Shown here in pieces: positions 61,899 to 64,000 of a DNA stretch of 64,000 nucleotides; positions within the stretch are counted from its first letter, which is position 1, and each line of letters opens with the position of its first letter. Under the pieces are notes generated by a model. The model was not told the DNA's origin. It did not search any database and worked only from the letters and a program-made list of their open reading frames with translations. Made by a program: the position numbers and the translations under genes. This DNA is from Terriglobia bacterium (GTDB taxonomy: Bacteria; Acidobacteriota; Terriglobia; JAJPHL01; JAPKYU01), in assembly GCA_965206645.1 (NCBI GenBank), contig CBDBKE010000004.1, positions 2,080,001 through 2,144,000 of the forward strand, written 5' to 3'.

Positions 61899-62594
61899 TC
61901 ACCAATCCAGCGTTTTTCCCGGTTCGAGTTCCAGTACTTCCACTTCGGGCATGTCCGCGAGAAGCTGGCGCAGTTGCGCCGGGCGCCCGACCAGCGGCGG
62001 AAAGGTGCCGTAGTGCATACCCAGCACCTTCTTTGGGCGCAGCAGCCGGCAGGCATAGGCAGCCTCGACCGGGCTCATGGTGAACAGGTCTCCAATGGGC
62101 AAAATGGCTAGCTCGGGCGCGTATAGGTCGTGGATGATCTTCATGTCGCCAAAGACGTTAGTGTCGCCGGCGTGGTAGAAGCGGCGATCGCCCACCTGAA
62201 TGACGTAACCGACGGCCTCGCCCCCGTAGACAATCTTGCCGTCGTCCAGGATGCCGCAACTGTGGTCGGCGTGCACCATTGTCACCCGCAGTTCGCCTAC
62301 TTGCTGCGACCCGCCCTTGTTCATGGGCAGCGTTTTGGAAACGCCCTTGCTCTCCAGCCAGGCGCACACCTCGTAGACGCCCACCACCTGCGGCTGGTGC
62401 TGCCGGGCCAGCGCCACCGCGTCGCTGATGTGGTCAAAGTGCCCGTGCGTGATCAGCATCAGGTCCAGGCGGTCGAACTTCTTCAGCGCCGCCGGACAGA
62501 CCGGGTTGCCTTCCACCCAGGGGTCCACCAGCACGACGCTACCCCCGGGCGTGTTCATTCGGAACGTTGAATGGCCGAGCCAGGTAATCTTCAT
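61899..62594 (-). CDS. Metal-dependent hydrolase (UPF0173, metallo-beta-lactamase fold)
   Basis: MKITWLGHS, THGHFDH, MNKGG, HADHS, YHAGDT..F.DM, LPIGD.FTM.P, MHYGTFP. Confidence 0.92.
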   Translation of the reverse strand: MKITWLGHSTFRMNTPGGSVVLVDPWVEGNPVCPAALKKFDRLDLMLITHGHFDHISDAVALARQHQPQVVGVYEVCAWLESKGVSKTLPMNKGGSQQVGELRVTMVHADHSCGILDDGKIVYGGEAVGYVIQVGDRRFYHAGDTNVFGDMKIIHDLYAPELAILPIGDLFTMSPVEAAYACRLLRPKKVLGMHYGTFPPLVGRPAQLRQLLADMPEVEVLELEPGKTLDW

Positions 62595-62718
62595 CGTCGG
62601 TATGCTCTCCTCCGCGGGCGAGTATAGTCCAGTGCTCGTTTTTCCACCCCTCGACTCCGTGGAGTTCAGAAAGGTCCGTGAAGTTCGGAGACTGGGCGAC
62701 CAATCGTCCCGAGCGAAC

Positions 62719-64000
62719 ATGCTAGAATCGGGCGTGCCGATGGAGTCCGCTGTCGAAATGCTGGGGCAGGGCCGCCACCCGACGCCGTTCTCCTGCACTC
62801 GCTACGTCAACGACGAGGATCGTGTCATCTTCCACTCGGAAACGAAGCTGCTTCGCGCCGCCTTCGAGCAGCACAAGAAGCCGCCGTCGTTCGAAATGGC
62901 CGGGCCGCGGGAGAGCCTGTTTTTTGACCTGCGCCAGCTGAGCTGCGCCATCGTCACCTGCGGCGGGCTCTGCCCGGGGTTGAATGACGTCATCCGGTCC
63001 ATCGTCATGAGCCTGCACCACCTCTACGGCGTGAGACGCGTGCTGGGCATTCCTTACGGCTACCAGGGCTTGACGCCGCCATTTGAGAAAACCTGGCGCG
63101 AGCTGGCCCCCGCGGTGGTCGCCGACGTTCACCACATGGGGGGCACTATGCTGGGCTCCTCCCGAGGGCCGCAGGACATCGGCGTGATGGTGGAGACCCT
63201 GGAGCGGAATCGCATCGGCGTGTTGTTTGTCGTCGGCGGCGACGGAACGCTGCGCGGAGCGCACCAGATTACTAAGGAGATTGCCCGCCGCAACTTGCCC
63301 ATCGCCGTCATCGGCCTGCCCAAGACCATTGACAACGACATCGCCTACATTCAGCGCTCGTTCGGCTTTCAGACCGCGGTCGGAGCGGCCCGCCACCCCG
63401 TTTCGGCCGCCCACGCCGAAGCGCTCGGCGCCCCCAACGGCACGGGCCTAGTCAAGCTGATGGGTCGCCATTCCGGCTTCCTGGCCGCCCAGGCGGCGCT
63501 CTCCAGCGGCGACGTCAATTTCTGCCTGGTTCCCGAGGTGCCTTTCGTTCTGGAAGAGGGCGAGTCCGGGTTCCTTCCCGCGCTCAAGCGGCGTCTGGTG
63601 GCCCGCCACCACGCCGTCATCGTGGTGGCGGAGGGAGCAGGACAGGAATTGTTGGCCGCGCAGTCGGAGTCCGCCCACGACCCCTCGGGGAACGTGGCCC
63701 TGGGCGATATCGGAACCTTCTTGCGCGAGCGGATTCAGGAGTATTTTCGGCGGATTGGCTTGCCATTCGGGCTGAAGTACATTGATCCCAGCTACATGAT
63801 TCGCAGCCTGCCTGCCGACCCCGACGATTCCGCCTTCTGTTTGCTGCTTGGTCAGAACGCGGTCCATGCGGCTTTGGCCGGCCGCACCGACGCGGTGGTC
63901 GGCTACTGGAATCAGCACTTCACCCTGGTGCCCATCCCGCTGGCTGTCTCCCGTCGCAAGCGGATCGACCCGGAGGGAATGCTCTGGCAAAGCGTGTTGC
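62719..64000 (+). CDS. pfkA: ATP-dependent 6-phosphofructokinase (runs off the window end)
   Basis: Manual translation FEMAGPRE..IVTCGGLCPGLNDVIRSIV, GGTMLGSSRG, GGDGTLRGA, PKTIDNDI, LVKLMGR.SGF, KYIDPSYMIRS; absent from the ORF track because no stop is reached. Confidence 0.93.
   Translation, partial: MLESGVPMESAVEMLGQGRHPTPFSCTRYVNDEDRVIFHSETKLLRAAFEQHKKPPSFEMAGPRESLFFDLRQLSCAIVTCGGLCPGLNDVIRSIVMSLHHLYGVRRVLGIPYGYQGLTPPFEKTWRELAPAVVADVHHMGGTMLGSSRGPQDIGVMVETLERNRIGVLFVVGGDGTLRGAHQITKEIARRNLPIAVIGLPKTIDNDIAYIQRSFGFQTAVGAARHPVSAAHAEALGAPNGTGLVKLMGRHSGFLAAQAALSSGDVNFCLVPEVPFVLEEGESGFLPALKRRLVARHHAVIVVAEGAGQELLAAQSESAHDPSGNVALGDIGTFLRERIQEYFRRIGLPFGLKYIDPSYMIRSLPADPDDSAFCLLLGQNAVHAALAGRTDAVVGYWNQHFTLVPIPLAVSRRKRIDPEGMLWQSVL

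Noticed and set aside
62722-63990. Minus-strand ORFs at the window end
   Set aside because: Antisense shadows of the plus-strand phosphofructokinase, typical of high-GC DNA; the same applies to most overlapping ORFs in the track.

Overview
The window looks like an Acidobacteriota chromosome segment, inferred from an Oar-type TonB-dependent receptor, an acidobacterial VWA protein and acidobacterial-style Ser/Thr kinase fragments. The right ~11.5 kb (52.5-64 kb) is core genome: tRNA-Val(GAC), tonB, ileS-lspA-lgt-rluD, VWA protein, recA, UPF0173 hydrolase and a partial pfkA. Everything to the left is a heavily mosaic accessory region anchored at the 3' end of tRNA-Val, with a damaged tyrosine integrase beside it. 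Its first ~10 kb is a defence island: an intact three-gene Lamassu/ABC-3C system among broken nucleases (BsuBI/PstI tail, a frameshifted PD-(D/E)xK gene, and a NucS-like gene split by an IS3 with a TTGG target duplication). The rest is a patchwork of intact cargo genes, IS elements (IS3, IS6-type MITE, IS1380, IS21), a solo integron attC and many 50-300 bp gene fragments. Three signals stand out. (1) At least six copies of an unannotated ~90-bp element made of two 34-bp quasi-palindromic sites, each with a centred 6-bp core; the two core types occur in swapped order between copies, and the copies sit at module junctions. This is a candidate cassette-shuffling recombination system. (2) Four orphan tRNA 3' halves (Gly, Arg, Ala, Thr), each with integrase-arm-like repeats. 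(3) A probable UxxC selenoprotein with a SECIS-like hairpin, which the ORF track splits in two. All family calls come from motif recognition by eye; no searches were run.
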